Shown: positions 1 through 10,171 of the stretch, one piece after another
Layout: every line of letters begins with the position of its first letter
How positions within the stretch are numbered: the stretch's first letter is position 1
NCBI GenBank assembly: GCA_947491545.1
Contig: CANLJX010000003.1
Location: 1 to 61,339, forward strand
From: Deltaproteobacteria bacterium
Lineage (GTDB): Bacteria > Bdellovibrionota_C > UBA2361 > OMII01
Reading direction: 5' to 3'
Length of the DNA stretch: 61,339 nucleotides
The notes under the pieces: model-generated
Told to the model about the DNA's origin: nothing
Databases searched by the model: none
Seen by the model: only the letters and a program-made list of their open reading frames with translations
Made by a program: the position numbers and the translations under genes

Positions 1-300
1 CTTCGCCAAGATTCGCAAGACGGGTTAGGGGAACCCCTAACAACCCCAGTGCCAAATTCTTCCTTTGCCAACTTGGCTTCGCCAAGATTTGCAAGACGGG
101 CTAGGGTTTCTTCCTTTGCGAACTTGGCTTCGCCAAGATTCGCAAGACGGGTTAGGGGAACCCCTAACAACCCCAGTGCCAAATTCTTCCTTTGCCAACT
201 TGGCTTCGCCAAGATTTGCAAGACGGGCTAGGGTTTCTTCCTTTGCCAACTTGGCTTCGCCAAGATTTGCAAGACGGGTTAGGGGTGCCCCTAACAACCC
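1..300. repeat. Compound tandem repeat with a 127-bp period (alternating 76-nt and 51-nt units), about 2.4 periods, truncated by the window edge
   Basis: Units starting cttcgccaagatt occur at 1, 77, 128, 204 and 255. Segments 1-127 and 128-254 differ only at g120 vs c247. The stem-loop gttagggg-NN-cccctaac occurs at 24-41, 151-168 and 278-295. A small hairpin cttgg-cttcg-ccaag sits at each unit junction. Confidence 0.9.
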
Positions 301-583
301 TATTCCTGGAGTTGACCAGCGGAGCGACTGTGCTCAAGGTCGACAGCCCCTTCGAGCAGTGGTACGACCGCAGGCTTGAGCCGTGTAAGCACTTCCTTAG
401 GCTCTCGGAAGATCTGTCGAATTTTCGGGAGGTGTACGGGTGGCTCTTAGCAAACGACGCTGATGCGCAGTGAATTTCCGAAGCCGGCGACAGCTTTGTA
501 AGGAGCCTCTCGCTTGAGCATGCGTTGAATGCCCTTGGTTCCCTCTGCCAGAGCGTTTTTGCGGCACAGCGTCTCGCTGGGGG

Positions 584-2329
584 CTAGCCAGAATCGGCTG
601 CCGGGCGATTCCTAGCAGCCTCCTGCTGCGCGGCGTGTAGCTTGCCTCGGTACTTCACGGCTCGCATGTACATGTTCTGCCGAGCCGCTTCTACCTTGAA
701 GTGCGAGGCTACGCTTTCTATCACGTTTACCGCTTGCTGTAGGGAGGAGATCCGAGCGTCGTTGTCTCCTAGACGAAGCGAGGCCTCCGCCGCGCTCTCA
801 AAAGCGCGAGCAGCAGATAGAGTCACGTTTTGCACTCCGAGGCAGCGAGCCTCCTTTGCTTCATCTTTCAGGTGACTTCCCGCCGCCTGAAAATGCTCTC
901 GGGCTGCTCTCCAGTCTGATGACCTGAACGCTAAGTTACCCAGGGCGAGCTCCAGGTAACCGATCTCCACCGGCTCTAGAGAGCGAAGTGATCGGAGGCG
1001 GTTCACCGCGGCTACAGCATCGACTATCAGGTGTCGCGGGGCGTAGTTCTGTTGAGTTAGAAGTCGGCACGCGTCGATGTTCGCCTCTACTGCCTCCAGA
1101 GCTGCGTCTCGGTCCTGGTCTAGGTCCGACACCCTCTCCCATAGCCGACCAAGGGCAAGCTTGAACGGAGCCAGCCCCGAAGGGGTTGGCTTCGAGGATC
1201 GCACCTCACTGGACTCCAATAGCAGCGAGAGACTCTTCGCAAAGCGCTCGACCGCAGAGACCTCTGTCATCGATGGAGCGGCAAGCAGAACGCCGGCCGC
1301 GAGATCTGCACATACCCTGCACTGATGGTCCAGAAAGGCCTCTCTTTCTCCAGCGGACAGGTAAGACATCCCCCTCCAGCAGTTTGACACCATCGATACT
1401 GCTCTAAGGAACGGCTCCTGAATCGACTGTGGAGAGCCAACGAGCGCGAACAGGGAGCCCAAGTAGCTGCTCATCTCCAGGCCCTGGTGGAGGAACTGCT
1501 TTGCGTCCCCACGTTCGACGCAGCTTTGCAGAGATGCCCCTCTGTCGCCGAACGAGAGGTCCATGTACTCCTCAAGCGCTGCTTGAGGAGAGTAGGTGAG
1601 GGGACGTAGAGCCGACTCGTCCGGTTCTTGCGAGAGGTCTGGACGGCGCTTGAGGACGTCAACCGTCATCGCGATGTAGCTGGCTGCCACGGAGATACGC
1701 GCAGCGTCACTGCCAAACTCTACAGGCGCCCAAGAGGAGAGGTTTGACAAGTGGTCGGTAGCGGTCAGTATCTGTTCTAGCGTGCGCTCAGGCGCCTCAC
1801 GCCAACGCACTGAGATCGAATGCAGGAGAGAGGTGAGAAACTTCGAGAGGTCAGCCGCTATTGCGGGGTCCTGGGAAAGCGCATGTCGCGCCACGGCGGC
1901 CCAAGCCTGAAGTTCGTGAGCGGCGAAGGTGGTCTGAAGAAACGGGTCCTCTCCCAGGGAGAAGGGGAAGGGTTTTGTGAGCTCCGCGATCGCTCGCGAG
2001 TCGAACTCCGCGCGAGGACCATCTCGTAGAGCCAGCTCCGCGAGTACGCCGAGAGCGATTCTGCACGGCCCTCGAAGGTCAACCTTATTGAAGAGATCGT
2101 AGGCTTGCGCCAGGTACCGCTCAGTCTCAACCAGATCGCCGCTTTTGGAGAGCGTTTGGTAGCGACGGTAGATTGTATCAGCCACATCGAGCCAACGACC
2201 CGGTTCTACAACCTGGTTCTCGACGTCTCCCGCAGTAGTTCGATGTGCCCTCGCAGCAAGGGACTCGAGGCTCGAGCGGTCGTTTTGCGCGGGCTGAATG
2301 TTTGTCATATTCCTTGAAGGAAGGTTCAT
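584..2329 (-). CDS. Hypothetical all-alpha (TPR-like?) protein, 581 aa, no family recognised
   Basis: This is the longest ORF in the region, with ATG start and TAG stop. Composition is protein-like (Leu/Ala/Glu-rich helical segments), whereas the overlapping frames are Arg/Ser-rich. I recognised no catalytic or family motif. Confidence 0.6.
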   Translation of the reverse strand: MNLPSRNMTNIQPAQNDRSSLESLAARAHRTTAGDVENQVVEPGRWLDVADTIYRRYQTLSKSGDLVETERYLAQAYDLFNKVDLRGPCRIALGVLAELALRDGPRAEFDSRAIAELTKPFPFSLGEDPFLQTTFAAHELQAWAAVARHALSQDPAIAADLSKFLTSLLHSISVRWREAPERTLEQILTATDHLSNLSSWAPVEFGSDAARISVAASYIAMTVDVLKRRPDLSQEPDESALRPLTYSPQAALEEYMDLSFGDRGASLQSCVERGDAKQFLHQGLEMSSYLGSLFALVGSPQSIQEPFLRAVSMVSNCWRGMSYLSAGEREAFLDHQCRVCADLAAGVLLAAPSMTEVSAVERFAKSLSLLLESSEVRSSKPTPSGLAPFKLALGRLWERVSDLDQDRDAALEAVEANIDACRLLTQQNYAPRHLIVDAVAAVNRLRSLRSLEPVEIGYLELALGNLAFRSSDWRAAREHFQAAGSHLKDEAKEARCLGVQNVTLSAARAFESAAEASLRLGDNDARISSLQQAVNVIESVASHFKVEAARQNMYMRAVKYRGKLHAAQQEAARNRPAADSG

Positions 2330-2576
2330 GCCAGAGCAAACGGAAGGGGTAAAGGGATAAGTGTTTTTGCGCTTTAATCAGGCTCCAGGGAGGGTAGGTT
2401 TTTGTTTGTATGTGTTTCTGCTGGTCGTGACAGGTCCCCCTTTCGTCTGTGTCTCGCCCCCTTCAGGCTAGAATTCCGAAACGCGCTGCAGCTCTTGTCG
2501 CGCGGCCCACAAATGCGGAAAAAGGGGGTGCGCAACCGAAGCGCACTAAAATGACTAAGCAGACGAAGAGGAACGT

Positions 2577-2726
2577 ATGCGAAGGGCAGCAGAGACACGG
2601 GAGCAGATTTTTGAGGACTTCAAGCGCTTCTTGGAGGCAGACACATGCTGCGGCGATGAGAAGCTCGCGGGGGTCTTGCAGTATCTTGATGCGATCATCA
2701 ACGCACCGGCGGTCATCGTTCACTAA
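2577..2726 (+). CDS. Possible small protein, 49 aa (MRRAAETREQIFEDFKRFLEADTCCGDEKLAGVLQYLDAIINAPAVIVH)
   Basis: ATG start is preceded by agagga 7-12 nt upstream. The peptide looks helical and non-degenerate. It is too short for the ORF track and I recognise no homology. Confidence 0.2.
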   Translation: MRRAAETREQIFEDFKRFLEADTCCGDEKLAGVLQYLDAIINAPAVIVH

Positions 2727-2880
2727 GTCATACTAGGGCAGTCTCACCTGAGCATGGGGTGGGACAAGCCGGCGCGCCCCCGGTCGGGCTTGCCGAACTC
2801 CGGACCGTTTTCCCCTCGTGCCCCAACCTTTTCGGGTGGTATGATCCCACCCTCAAGGGCGGCTAATCCAAGGGGCTCTC

Positions 2881-4398
2881 ATGCGCGATATCCTCTCATC
2901 TCTCGGTCTTCAGGGGGTCTCCCCTGGGGCCTTCGGTAAATCAGTTCTCTCAAGTGGCTCATCCTCAGAGTTGGCGGTTAAGTCGCCGATTAACGGCGAA
3001 GAAATCGGGCGTGTCCGAGTCGCCGGGGGTGAAGAGTACGAGCGCGTGGTCTCCGATTCAGTCGAGGTGTTCCGGGAGTGGCGAAAGGTCCCCGCCCCAG
3101 AACGCGGCGAGGTAGTCCGACGTATAGGGCTCGCCCTGCGCGACAGCAAGGCTAAGCTTGGGCGCCTCGTTTCGGCCGAGACCGGCAAGATTCTGGCAGA
3201 GGGGGAGGGGGAGGTTCAGGAGGCGATCGACATCGCCGACTTCGCGGTTGGCCTCTCTCGACAGCTCTACGGGCTCACCATGCATTCAGAGCGGCGTAAC
3301 CATCGTATGTACGAGCAGTGGCACCCGCTCGGTGTTGTGGGGGTCATCACAGCGTTCAACTTCCCGGCGGCGGTGTGGGCCTGGAACTCGATGATCGCTG
3401 CAGTCTGCGGCAACGTCACCCTGTGGAAACCCTCCGAGCTTGCGCCGCTCACCGCGGTTGCAATGAACTCGATCGCCCGAGAAGTTGCTAAGGGGTACGG
3501 ATTCGAAGGTGTCTTCTCCCTGGTGGTGGGAAACGGGCCTGATCTCGGCCAGAAGATCGCCGCCGACCGCAGGGTTCCTGTGGTGTCAGCAACTGGGTCG
3601 TGTCGCATGGGCCGAGCTGTTGCCAAAACCGTCGGTGAGCGGCTCGGGCGAACGATCCTAGAGCTTGGTGGAAACAACGCCACGATCGTGATGCCCGACG
3701 CAGACATGAAGCTTGTCACCGCAGGCATCCTCTTCGGAGCAGTTGGCACAGCGGGGCAGCGCTGCACCTCGATTAGGCGAGTTCTCGCCCACGAGAGCGT
3801 ATGCAACGAAGTCGTTAGCAGTCTTGTTGCGGCCTACAAGCAGGTCCGGATCGGAAATCCCCTCGAAAAGGGCACGTTGATGGGTCCGCTCATCCACTCC
3901 GGGGCAGTGGACGCATACCGCGCAGCGATAACGCGGGTGCCAAAAGAGGGTGGCGACATTGTGTACGGCGGAAATGTTCTCCCCGGAATGCCATCAGCGC
4001 TTTACGTCGAGCCGACGATTGTGCGGGCCAAGCGCGGCATGCCGCTTCTGGCCGAAGAGACCTTTGCCCCGATTTTGTACGTGGTGCCGGTGAAAGATTT
4101 AGCGGAAGCGATCGAGGTCAATAACGAGGTTCCGCAGGGCTTAAGCTCATCGATCTTCTCGCGTAACATGCAGAACGTGGAGCGCTTCCTTTCTGCTAGT
4201 GGGAGCGATTGCGGAATCGCTAACGTCAATATGGGCACCTCGGGCGCTGAAATCGGTGGCGCGTTCGGTGGAGAGAAAGACACAGGCGGTGGACGGGAGT
4301 CGGGCTCTGACTCCTGGAGGCAGTACATGCGGCGGCAGACATGCAATATCAACTACGGGGATGATATGCCGTTGGCGCAGGGGGTTGTTTTTTCCTAG
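2881..4398 (+). CDS. Aldehyde dehydrogenase, ALDH7 type (alpha-aminoadipic semialdehyde / piperideine-6-carboxylate dehydrogenase-like)
   Basis: The block EGEGEVQEAIDIADFAVGLSRQLYG...ERRNHRMYEQWHPLGVVGVITAFNFPAAVWAWN follows the antiquitin pattern. The catalytic ELGGNNA and GQRCTS (Cys) motifs are present. Length is 505 aa. Confidence 0.9.
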   Translation: MRDILSSLGLQGVSPGAFGKSVLSSGSSSELAVKSPINGEEIGRVRVAGGEEYERVVSDSVEVFREWRKVPAPERGEVVRRIGLALRDSKAKLGRLVSAETGKILAEGEGEVQEAIDIADFAVGLSRQLYGLTMHSERRNHRMYEQWHPLGVVGVITAFNFPAAVWAWNSMIAAVCGNVTLWKPSELAPLTAVAMNSIAREVAKGYGFEGVFSLVVGNGPDLGQKIAADRRVPVVSATGSCRMGRAVAKTVGERLGRTILELGGNNATIVMPDADMKLVTAGILFGAVGTAGQRCTSIRRVLAHESVCNEVVSSLVAAYKQVRIGNPLEKGTLMGPLIHSGAVDAYRAAITRVPKEGGDIVYGGNVLPGMPSALYVEPTIVRAKRGMPLLAEETFAPILYVVPVKDLAEAIEVNNEVPQGLSSSIFSRNMQNVERFLSASGSDCGIANVNMGTSGAEIGGAFGGEKDTGGGRESGSDSWRQYMRRQTCNINYGDDMPLAQGVVFS

Positions 4399-4620
4399 CG
4401 TTTGGCCCGCCCGCCCGCCCCCTGAAGGGGGCGAGGCTGCGCCCGGCGACTGAAGGGGGCGAGGGTTTGCCGAATAAAGCCGGAGCCGGCAGCGGAACCG
4501 TTGCTGTTCCCGTTCCCGTTGGTAGGTTTGGGGAAAAACGGGCTTAAATTGCGCCCTGTTTTGGTCGGGTTTCAATCCCTTTGGGGGTATGCTAATAACC
4601 CACGCTTAAGCACTTTTTCT

Positions 4621-4704
4621 GCCCTGGTGCTGGAATTGGTAGACAGGCATGATTCAGGGTCATGTGTCCGCAAGGGTGTGGAGGTTCAAGTCCTCTCCAG
4701 GGCA
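4621..4704 (+). tRNA. tRNA-Leu, anticodon CAG, long variable arm; CCA not encoded
   Basis: Cloverleaf by hand: acceptor gccctgg/ccagggc; D-arm ctgg-aattggtaga-cagg; anticodon stem catga/tcatg with loop ttCAGgg; 15-nt variable arm; T-arm ggagg-ttcaagt-cctct; discriminator a. The layout matches E. coli tRNA-Leu(CAG). Confidence 0.95.
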
Positions 4705-4793
4705 TTCGTTGGTAAAACAAGTTAGCGATTTCAATAGGTTGCGATTTTCTTTTCACGCTTCCGGGTTACGGCTGCCAAGCGTCAGGGGTATCT

Positions 4794-4940
4794 ATGAAAA
4801 TTAAAGCTCTTCTGTTCCTGGTCATCTGCGCTGCGGTTGTTGCAGTGGGATTCTCAGCCTGCAAAAGGCGTAATCAGATCTACGCAGATATCGAGGGACC
4901 GAAGGCTACCGCAACCATTGATCCGAACGCCCAGTACTAG
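4794..4940 (+). CDS. Small putative lipoprotein, 48 aa
   Basis: Translation is MKIKALLFLVICAAVVAVGFSAC|KRRNQ..., a hydrophobic signal with a lipobox-like FSAC. An agggg Shine-Dalgarno lies 7-8 nt upstream of the ATG. It is not in the ORF track (under 60 aa). Confidence 0.4.
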   Translation: MKIKALLFLVICAAVVAVGFSACKRRNQIYADIEGPKATATIDPNAQY

Positions 4941-5016
4941 GTGCGTTCCCTTCACGGCTTATCGTAATCTTCTCTAGTGAGTCCCACTTGTGCGGGACCC
5001 CTCTGTTGCCTCTCGT

Positions 5017-6093
5017 ATGACCTATTCAGTTCTCGACGCCTGTGCTGCCCGCGGTCACGAGCAAGTGACCTTCTTTAACTACCCAGAGGTTGGGCTCAAG
5101 GCGATAGTCGCAATCCACAATACTACCCTCGGGCCTGGTCTCGGCGGATGCCGTATGCGTCTGTACCCGAGCGAAGGTCAGGCCCTTGACGATGTGCTGC
5201 GCCTCTCCGAGGGAATGACATACAAGAGCGCCCTAGCCGGGCTGCCTCTTGGCGGCGGCAAGGCCATCATCATGGCCGATCCTTCAATGACGCAGGGGCG
5301 AGAAGCCCTCTTCCGAAAGTTTGGTGAGTGCCTCAACGCACTGGCCGGACGTTATATCTCTGCAGAGGACATGGGCACTTCGGTGCGGGACATCATGTGG
5401 GCCCGCTCGGTCACAAACTTCGTGGTTGGAACAGATGCTGCCAAAGGTGGTGCGGGGGATCCGTCGCCGTGGACTGCTCTCGGGGTATTTGAGGCGATGC
5501 GAGCCGCAGTCGCTCACGCCAGCGGCGGTGACAGCTCGCTGCGAGGGAAGCGCGTAGCGGTGCAGGGAGTTGGTCACGTCGGCATGTTCCTAGTTGAGCT
5601 GCTGTCGAAGGCTGGTGCCTCTATCATAGTTGCTGACCCGCACGATGAATCAGTGCGCAAGGCGGCCGCTGAGTACGGTGCTCAAGGAGTGGGGCTAGAT
5701 CAGATCTACGATGTGCCCTGCGACATCTTCTCGCCTTGTGCCGTGGGGCAAACGGTGAATGCTGAGACGCTCAAGAGGCTGTCGTGCTCGATTATAGCGG
5801 GCGCGGCAAACAACCAGCTCCCCGATAGCTCGGTCTACGGCATGATTGCCGAGAAGAAGATACTCTACTGCCCTGACTTCGCCATCAACTCGGGCGGTGT
5901 AATCAGCGTCAGCGTGGAGCTAGCTAAGGGCTCGCCTGACACCGTCTGGATTCGGGAGAAGGTCAAAGAGATTTACGGCACTACTTCCAAGGTGCTTGAG
6001 CAATCCAAGGCCCGCGGGCGATTCACCGAAGAGGTTGCAGTTGAGCTGGCCAAGGAGCGCCTCGCGGCGGCCAAGAACCGCGCAAAGCCGTGA
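5017..6093 (+). CDS. ldh: Leucine dehydrogenase (Glu/Leu/Phe/Val dehydrogenase family)
   Basis: [34 protein letters not shown] and [11 protein letters not shown] match the Leu-DH N-terminal catalytic region, and a [10 protein letters not shown] Rossmann motif is present. I prefer the ATG at 5017 over the track's GTG at 4990. The stop overlaps the uvrB start (GTGA). Confidence 0.85.
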   Translation: MTYSVLDACAARGHEQVTFFNYPEVGLKAIVAIHNTTLGPGLGGCRMRLYPSEGQALDDVLRLSEGMTYKSALAGLPLGGGKAIIMADPSMTQGREALFRKFGECLNALAGRYISAEDMGTSVRDIMWARSVTNFVVGTDAAKGGAGDPSPWTALGVFEAMRAAVAHASGGDSSLRGKRVAVQGVGHVGMFLVELLSKAGASIIVADPHDESVRKAAAEYGAQGVGLDQIYDVPCDIFSPCAVGQTVNAETLKRLSCSIIAGAANNQLPDSSVYGMIAEKKILYCPDFAINSGGVISVSVELAKGSPDTVWIREKVKEIYGTTSKVLEQSKARGRFTEEVAVELAKERLAAAKNRAKP

Positions 6094-8120
6094 CGAGGCG
6101 ACCCTCCGCCGCACGTCCGGCGCCGGCGTCAGAGCCTTTCCAGCTCTCCACACAGTTCACTCCCTGCGGCGATCAGCCGCAAGCGATTGCAAGCCTAGAC
6201 GAGAACTTACAGAAGGGTGTTAAGTACCAAACCCTGCTTGGAGTAACCGGTTCGGGAAAGACCTTTACTATCGCCAACGTCATCGCCAAGCAGAACAGGC
6301 CGACCCTAATCATCGCTCCCAACAAGACGCTCGCAGCGCAGCTCTATGGAGAGTTTGCTGAGTTCTTCCCGAAGAACAGGGTGAAGTACTTCGTGAGCTA
6401 CTACGACTACTACCAGCCGGAAGCGTACATCCCCTCGACCGACACCTACATCGAGAAGGACTCGGCGATAAACGATGAGATCGACAAGATGCGGCACGCG
6501 GCGACGAAAGCGCTGCTTGAGTCGCGCGACACGATCATCGTTGCCAGCGTTAGCTGTATCTACGGCCTCGGAGCGCCGGAAGACTACTTCAAGATGATGC
6601 TCTACGTTGAACGCGGTGACAAAGTTCCGCGAGAGCAGGTCATTCGCCAGCTCGTGCACATGCAGTACAAGCGCACTGACATTGAATTCACCCGCGGGAC
6701 CTTCCGGGTGCGTGGAGAAAATATCGATATCTTCCCCTCAGACCAGGACTCCTCTGCCGTTCGGCTCCTCTTCTTCGGAGACGAAGTCGAAGAGATTCGG
6801 GAGATAGACCCTATCACCGGAGCAACGCTGCGGAAATCGGACTCATGCGCCGTTTATCCGGTGAGCCACTTCGTTACAGAGCGAGAGTCAGTCGATCGCG
6901 CGGTGGTGGCGATTAGAAAAGAGCTCAAAGAGCGAGCCCGAGAGCTGCTCGTGCAGGGGAAGCTCCTTGAGTCTCAGCGACTAGAGCAGCGAACGCTGTA
7001 TGACGTTGAGCTACTAAACGAGATCGGCTTCTGCCCGGGCATCGAGAACTACAGCCGGCACATCGCAGGTCGTGCTGAGGGAGAGCCGCCAACGACCCTG
7101 CTCGATTACTTCCCAGAGGACTTCTTGCTGGTTGTCGACGAGAGCCACGTGACCGTATCGCAGCTAGGCGGAATGTACCGCGGCGACCGTGCCCGCAAGC
7201 AGACCCTGGTAGAGTTCGGATTCCGGCTCCCCTCAGCGCTAGACAACCGGCCGCTCAATCAGGACGAGTTTTGGTCGCGAGTTGGCCAGGCGATCTTTGT
7301 ATCGGCGACACCGGCTGACTTCGAGCTTGAGCGCAGCGAAGGAGTCGTAATTGAGCAGGTCAATCGTCCCACTGGGCTGCTTGACCCAGGGGTGACAGTG
7401 CGTCCAGCAACGCACCAAGTCGATGATCTCCTGACTGAGATACGGAAGACGGTTGAGGAGGGGGACCGCGTGCTTGCCATAACACTGACGAAGAAGATGT
7501 CAGAGGATCTCTCGGCGTACCTGCGGGAGATCGGCGTGCGGTCGCGGTACCTTCACTCTGATATCACTACCATCGAACGGGTCGAGATTCTGCGGGGACT
7601 CAGGCGCGGCGACTTCGATGTCTTGATCGGCATCAACCTGCTGCGTGAGGGGCTCGACCTCGTTGAGGTGAGCCTCGTGGCTATTCTCGACGCGGACAAG
7701 GAGGGCTTCTTGCGCTCGACAAAGTCCCTCATTCAGATCATGGGTCGTGCTGCGCGAAATGTGAAGGGGAGAGTCATCCTATACGCGGACACCATGACGA
7801 GGTCGATGAAGGAGGCGATCGCAGAGACCGATCGACGCCGGGCGATACAAGCTGAATTTAACCGCGTCAATAATATCACGCCGCGCTCTGCGACTAGAGC
7901 CGAACAGATTCCTCTTGGCGAAGTCGCCGAAACTGAGGAGCAGGCCAAGACCGCTGCCAAGCTCGGCATCTCTATCCCTGAGGATCCTAAAGAGGCACAG
8001 CGGCTGCTTGAGTCGCTCCGGCGCCAGATGTTCGATGCCGCTGCCAAGCGCGAGTACGAGCAGGCTGCCTCGTTCCGCGATGCAATTAAGCTGGTGCAGG
8101 ACTTCTTGCTGAAGCGTTAG
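6090..8120 (+). CDS. uvrB: Excinuclease ABC subunit B
   Basis: Motifs seen: GDQPQAI, Walker [25 protein letters not shown], helicase motifs, and a C-terminal UVR domain ([16 protein letters not shown]). The start is GTG. Confidence 0.97.
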   Translation: MTRRPSAARPAPASEPFQLSTQFTPCGDQPQAIASLDENLQKGVKYQTLLGVTGSGKTFTIANVIAKQNRPTLIIAPNKTLAAQLYGEFAEFFPKNRVKYFVSYYDYYQPEAYIPSTDTYIEKDSAINDEIDKMRHAATKALLESRDTIIVASVSCIYGLGAPEDYFKMMLYVERGDKVPREQVIRQLVHMQYKRTDIEFTRGTFRVRGENIDIFPSDQDSSAVRLLFFGDEVEEIREIDPITGATLRKSDSCAVYPVSHFVTERESVDRAVVAIRKELKERARELLVQGKLLESQRLEQRTLYDVELLNEIGFCPGIENYSRHIAGRAEGEPPTTLLDYFPEDFLLVVDESHVTVSQLGGMYRGDRARKQTLVEFGFRLPSALDNRPLNQDEFWSRVGQAIFVSATPADFELERSEGVVIEQVNRPTGLLDPGVTVRPATHQVDDLLTEIRKTVEEGDRVLAITLTKKMSEDLSAYLREIGVRSRYLHSDITTIERVEILRGLRRGDFDVLIGINLLREGLDLVEVSLVAILDADKEGFLRSTKSLIQIMGRAARNVKGRVILYADTMTRSMKEAIAETDRRRAIQAEFNRVNNITPRSATRAEQIPLGEVAETEEQAKTAAKLGISIPEDPKEAQRLLESLRRQMFDAAAKREYEQAASFRDAIKLVQDFLLKR

Positions 8121-8462
8121 CAGTTGCGAGGCACGTTGGCGCAGCTTGGCCTCTGTAACGGCCCACATCCGTAGGGTTTCGAGTAGCGTGTCTAAGGTGT
8201 TGTTTGGGAGGCTCAGCGAGTATCCGTGCTCTCGGTTCCGCAAGTGTCCACTGAGGATAGCCACATCTTCCTGATCCGGAGCGGAGAGAGGATTAAAACG
8301 ACGAACCTCGCCGTCCACCATAACTGAGATCCCTTGCTCCGGTCCCTCGCTGCAGATAGAGAGCGAGCCTCCCTGCCGAAATACTTCGAGAGCTAGTGCT
8401 CCTAAGAGCCGACCAAGTGCAACCTTCGCTTCGGGAGATACGGCGATGAGCTTCTCGAACAA
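7779..8462 (-). CDS. Hypothetical ORF (227 aa) whose 3' 342 nt run antisense through the end of uvrB; true extent uncertain
   Basis: ATG start at 8462. The first ~113 codons (8121-8462) lie in otherwise unassigned DNA and have plausible codon usage. The remainder may be fortuitous open antisense frame. No family recognised. Confidence 0.25.
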   Translation of the reverse strand: MFEKLIAVSPEAKVALGRLLGALALEVFRQGGSLSICSEGPEQGISVMVDGEVRRFNPLSAPDQEDVAILSGHLRNREHGYSLSLPNNTLDTLLETLRMWAVTEAKLRQRASQLLTLQQEVLHQLNCIAERGSLLVLALGSGIEHLAPERLKQPLCLFRILRDRDAELGSGLGLLLSFGDFAKRNLFGSSRRARRDIIDAVKFSLYRPASIGLCDRLLHRPRHGVRV

Positions 8463-8935
8463 TTGCGATGGCGAGGGTTGAGTTGGTTGATTGCTTGAAT
8501 CGACTGGGTGCTAGAACATGGTCGAATCCTCTTATTTGTCCGTACGTCGGGGGAGATACCACCGACTCTTGTCTCCTTTCTAAAGCGTGGCGTCGCGGTT
8601 CCCCGCGGAGCAAACGCGAGGCTGATGTGGATGACGGCTAAGCAATTGCAAATGAGAGAAGTAGCCACAAGGCTTCGCCTCAGATGTGGATTCAGGAACT
8701 CCCCCGAAGTCCGAGCAGGATTCAGTAGAGCGGAACCGGTTTTCACGCCTGTGGTAACTCTCTTAGTGTAGGGGGCGCTGCAATTCACGCGCGGCACAAA
8801 TCCCTACGCACATGACTGATGGGGGGTAGAGGGTGCCAAGGTTTGTTCCAGTGATGGGACGCACTTCTACGTTTTTGTTCTCCCTATCGTTCCAGTTGTA
8901 GCGACCTGGATTCTTAGTCGCTAGAGGAGTCTCCG

Positions 8936-9694
8936 ATGTTAAAGAATAAAGGATTGCTTTTGGTTCTGCTGAACGGTCTGGTTGCTGTGGCTGCGATAGC
9001 CACCTGTTTTGCCCTGAAGGGATCGTCCGTCAATGCGGCAAGGTCGGGCTACAAGCCGACTTTTAGCTTCAGGAGTATCTTTGTCGACTCCGAAGTCCCA
9101 TCCGGCTCGGAGTCGAGCACAGCTCCTAAAGCAGTAGCAAAGGACCCAATCAAGGCCGAAGAGCCGACTAAGCCGATTAATTCGCCTGGGAAAGCTGCCG
9201 AGGAGAAGGCTAACGAGCCTTCTCAACCCGTGAAACCACTCCACCTTCCAGAACAGCCGCCGCAAAAGCCACAAGCGACGGTCGATTTCCTGGCTGGGGT
9301 GGAGAGACTCTTCTCAAGGATCGAAACACTTGAGAGGAAGCTCGATGCGGTCGAGAAAGAGCGAGAGGCGCTTGTTGGTCGGGTGGAAAAAGCTGAGCGG
9401 GATCTCATCAAGCTGCAGAAGCTTGAGAGTGAGGTCGGCAACCTCCGCGCAGAGGCTGCCCGTCTCGACGAGCAGCTTCGCATGAGAGGAATAGCTCAGC
9501 CTCGCGACTTCAGGGAACCGAAACGCCCAGATGCTCCGATTAAGGAGCCAACCAGGGTTTCGCCTTTTTCTGAACAGCTACCGCCACCGGTAAGCGACTT
9601 TGCTCCGCGACCGAATCCGATTAGAGATAATCGAACTGTCGACCCGTTGTTTTCCCCGCTGAAGCAAGAGGTAGGGCGGCCGTTCTACAACTAA
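8936..9694 (+). CDS. Membrane-anchored coiled-coil protein with Pro/Lys-rich linkers, 252 aa
   Basis: An aggag Shine-Dalgarno precedes the ATG. The protein has an N-terminal TM helix (LLLVLLNGLVAVAAIATCFAL), a low-complexity PK-rich segment, then a heptad-like segment (LERKLDAVEKEREALVGRVEKAERDLIKLQKLESEVGNLRAEAARLDEQL). Confidence 0.6.
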   Translation: MLKNKGLLLVLLNGLVAVAAIATCFALKGSSVNAARSGYKPTFSFRSIFVDSEVPSGSESSTAPKAVAKDPIKAEEPTKPINSPGKAAEEKANEPSQPVKPLHLPEQPPQKPQATVDFLAGVERLFSRIETLERKLDAVEKEREALVGRVEKAERDLIKLQKLESEVGNLRAEAARLDEQLRMRGIAQPRDFREPKRPDAPIKEPTRVSPFSEQLPPPVSDFAPRPNPIRDNRTVDPLFSPLKQEVGRPFYN

Positions 9695-10171
9695 GCTGAG
9701 CTGGAGGCAGACTAAGGGGGAGGTTTTTGCCAATAAAGGATTTTCGCGCGCTCCTACCCCCAGTCTCCTGCAAGCTGCCCGAGAGATCCTCTCCCGCTGC
9801 CGTGAAAATACATCACTCAATTGGCTGTCGATTAATCTTGAGTCGATTCTGGACGCCACTCTGCCAGCCTAATTTTGTCAAGGTCGTAGGGGGGTATTTG
9901 CCTTGCTCTGACTTTCAGGTGCGTACCCTAAGATTCCGATCGAAATTGACCTTAGTCCCCACAGGCATGGAGCGGGGATTAGGGGGAACCGAGGTTTCTC
10001 TGCCCTGGCCGGCTGTGTGCTGGCGTTCCCGTCGACTGAGGTGCCGCTTCGCCGCTCTTTTTCGGAGCAGCGCAATCAGATGTCGGCGCAGCGGGGCAAA
10101 AAGAAGAAGACTGTTCTCGCATCTTCTCTGCTAGTCCCGGCGCTTGACTCCAAGATGAAGAGTCCTCTCGA

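Noticed and set aside
1-300. CRISPR array hypothesis for the 5' repeats
   Set aside because: The sequences between the conserved cores are not unique spacers; they are two alternating, themselves repeated segments. The unit sizes (76 and 51 nt) and the absence of any cas gene in the window do not fit a CRISPR array.
300-583. tmRNA suspicion raised by the ORF tail ...LANDADAQ-stop (gcaaacgac..., 450-473) and by ggggctag at 577
   Set aside because: There is no tRNA-like 3' end (no GGTTCGA-type T-arm and no CTCCACCA). The tag does not end in the usual hydrophobic Ala-Ala. A placement starting at 577 would lie antisense inside a good CDS. This is more likely a degraded gene remnant or non-coding spacer.
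4415-4464. GC hairpin (cgccccc-tgaa-gggggcg) and a 15-bp direct repeat ctgaagggggcgagg (4422-4436 and 4450-4464) after the ALDH gene
   Set aside because: This may be a terminator-like structure, but no U-tract follows. It is too weak to call as a feature.
6090-6093. GTGA start/stop overlap coupling ldh to uvrB as a functional link
   Set aside because: Four-nucleotide overlaps are common throughout this window (argC/argB, ribBA-like/HD, ABC/HEAT). This one probably reflects genome compaction rather than a shared pathway.
9727-10134. 135-aa plus-strand ORF, and the 111-aa minus-strand ORF 9979..10314, in the convergent spacer
   Set aside because: Both are Arg/Cys-rich low-complexity translations with no Shine-Dalgarno. 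They are probably non-coding 3' regions of the two convergent genes.
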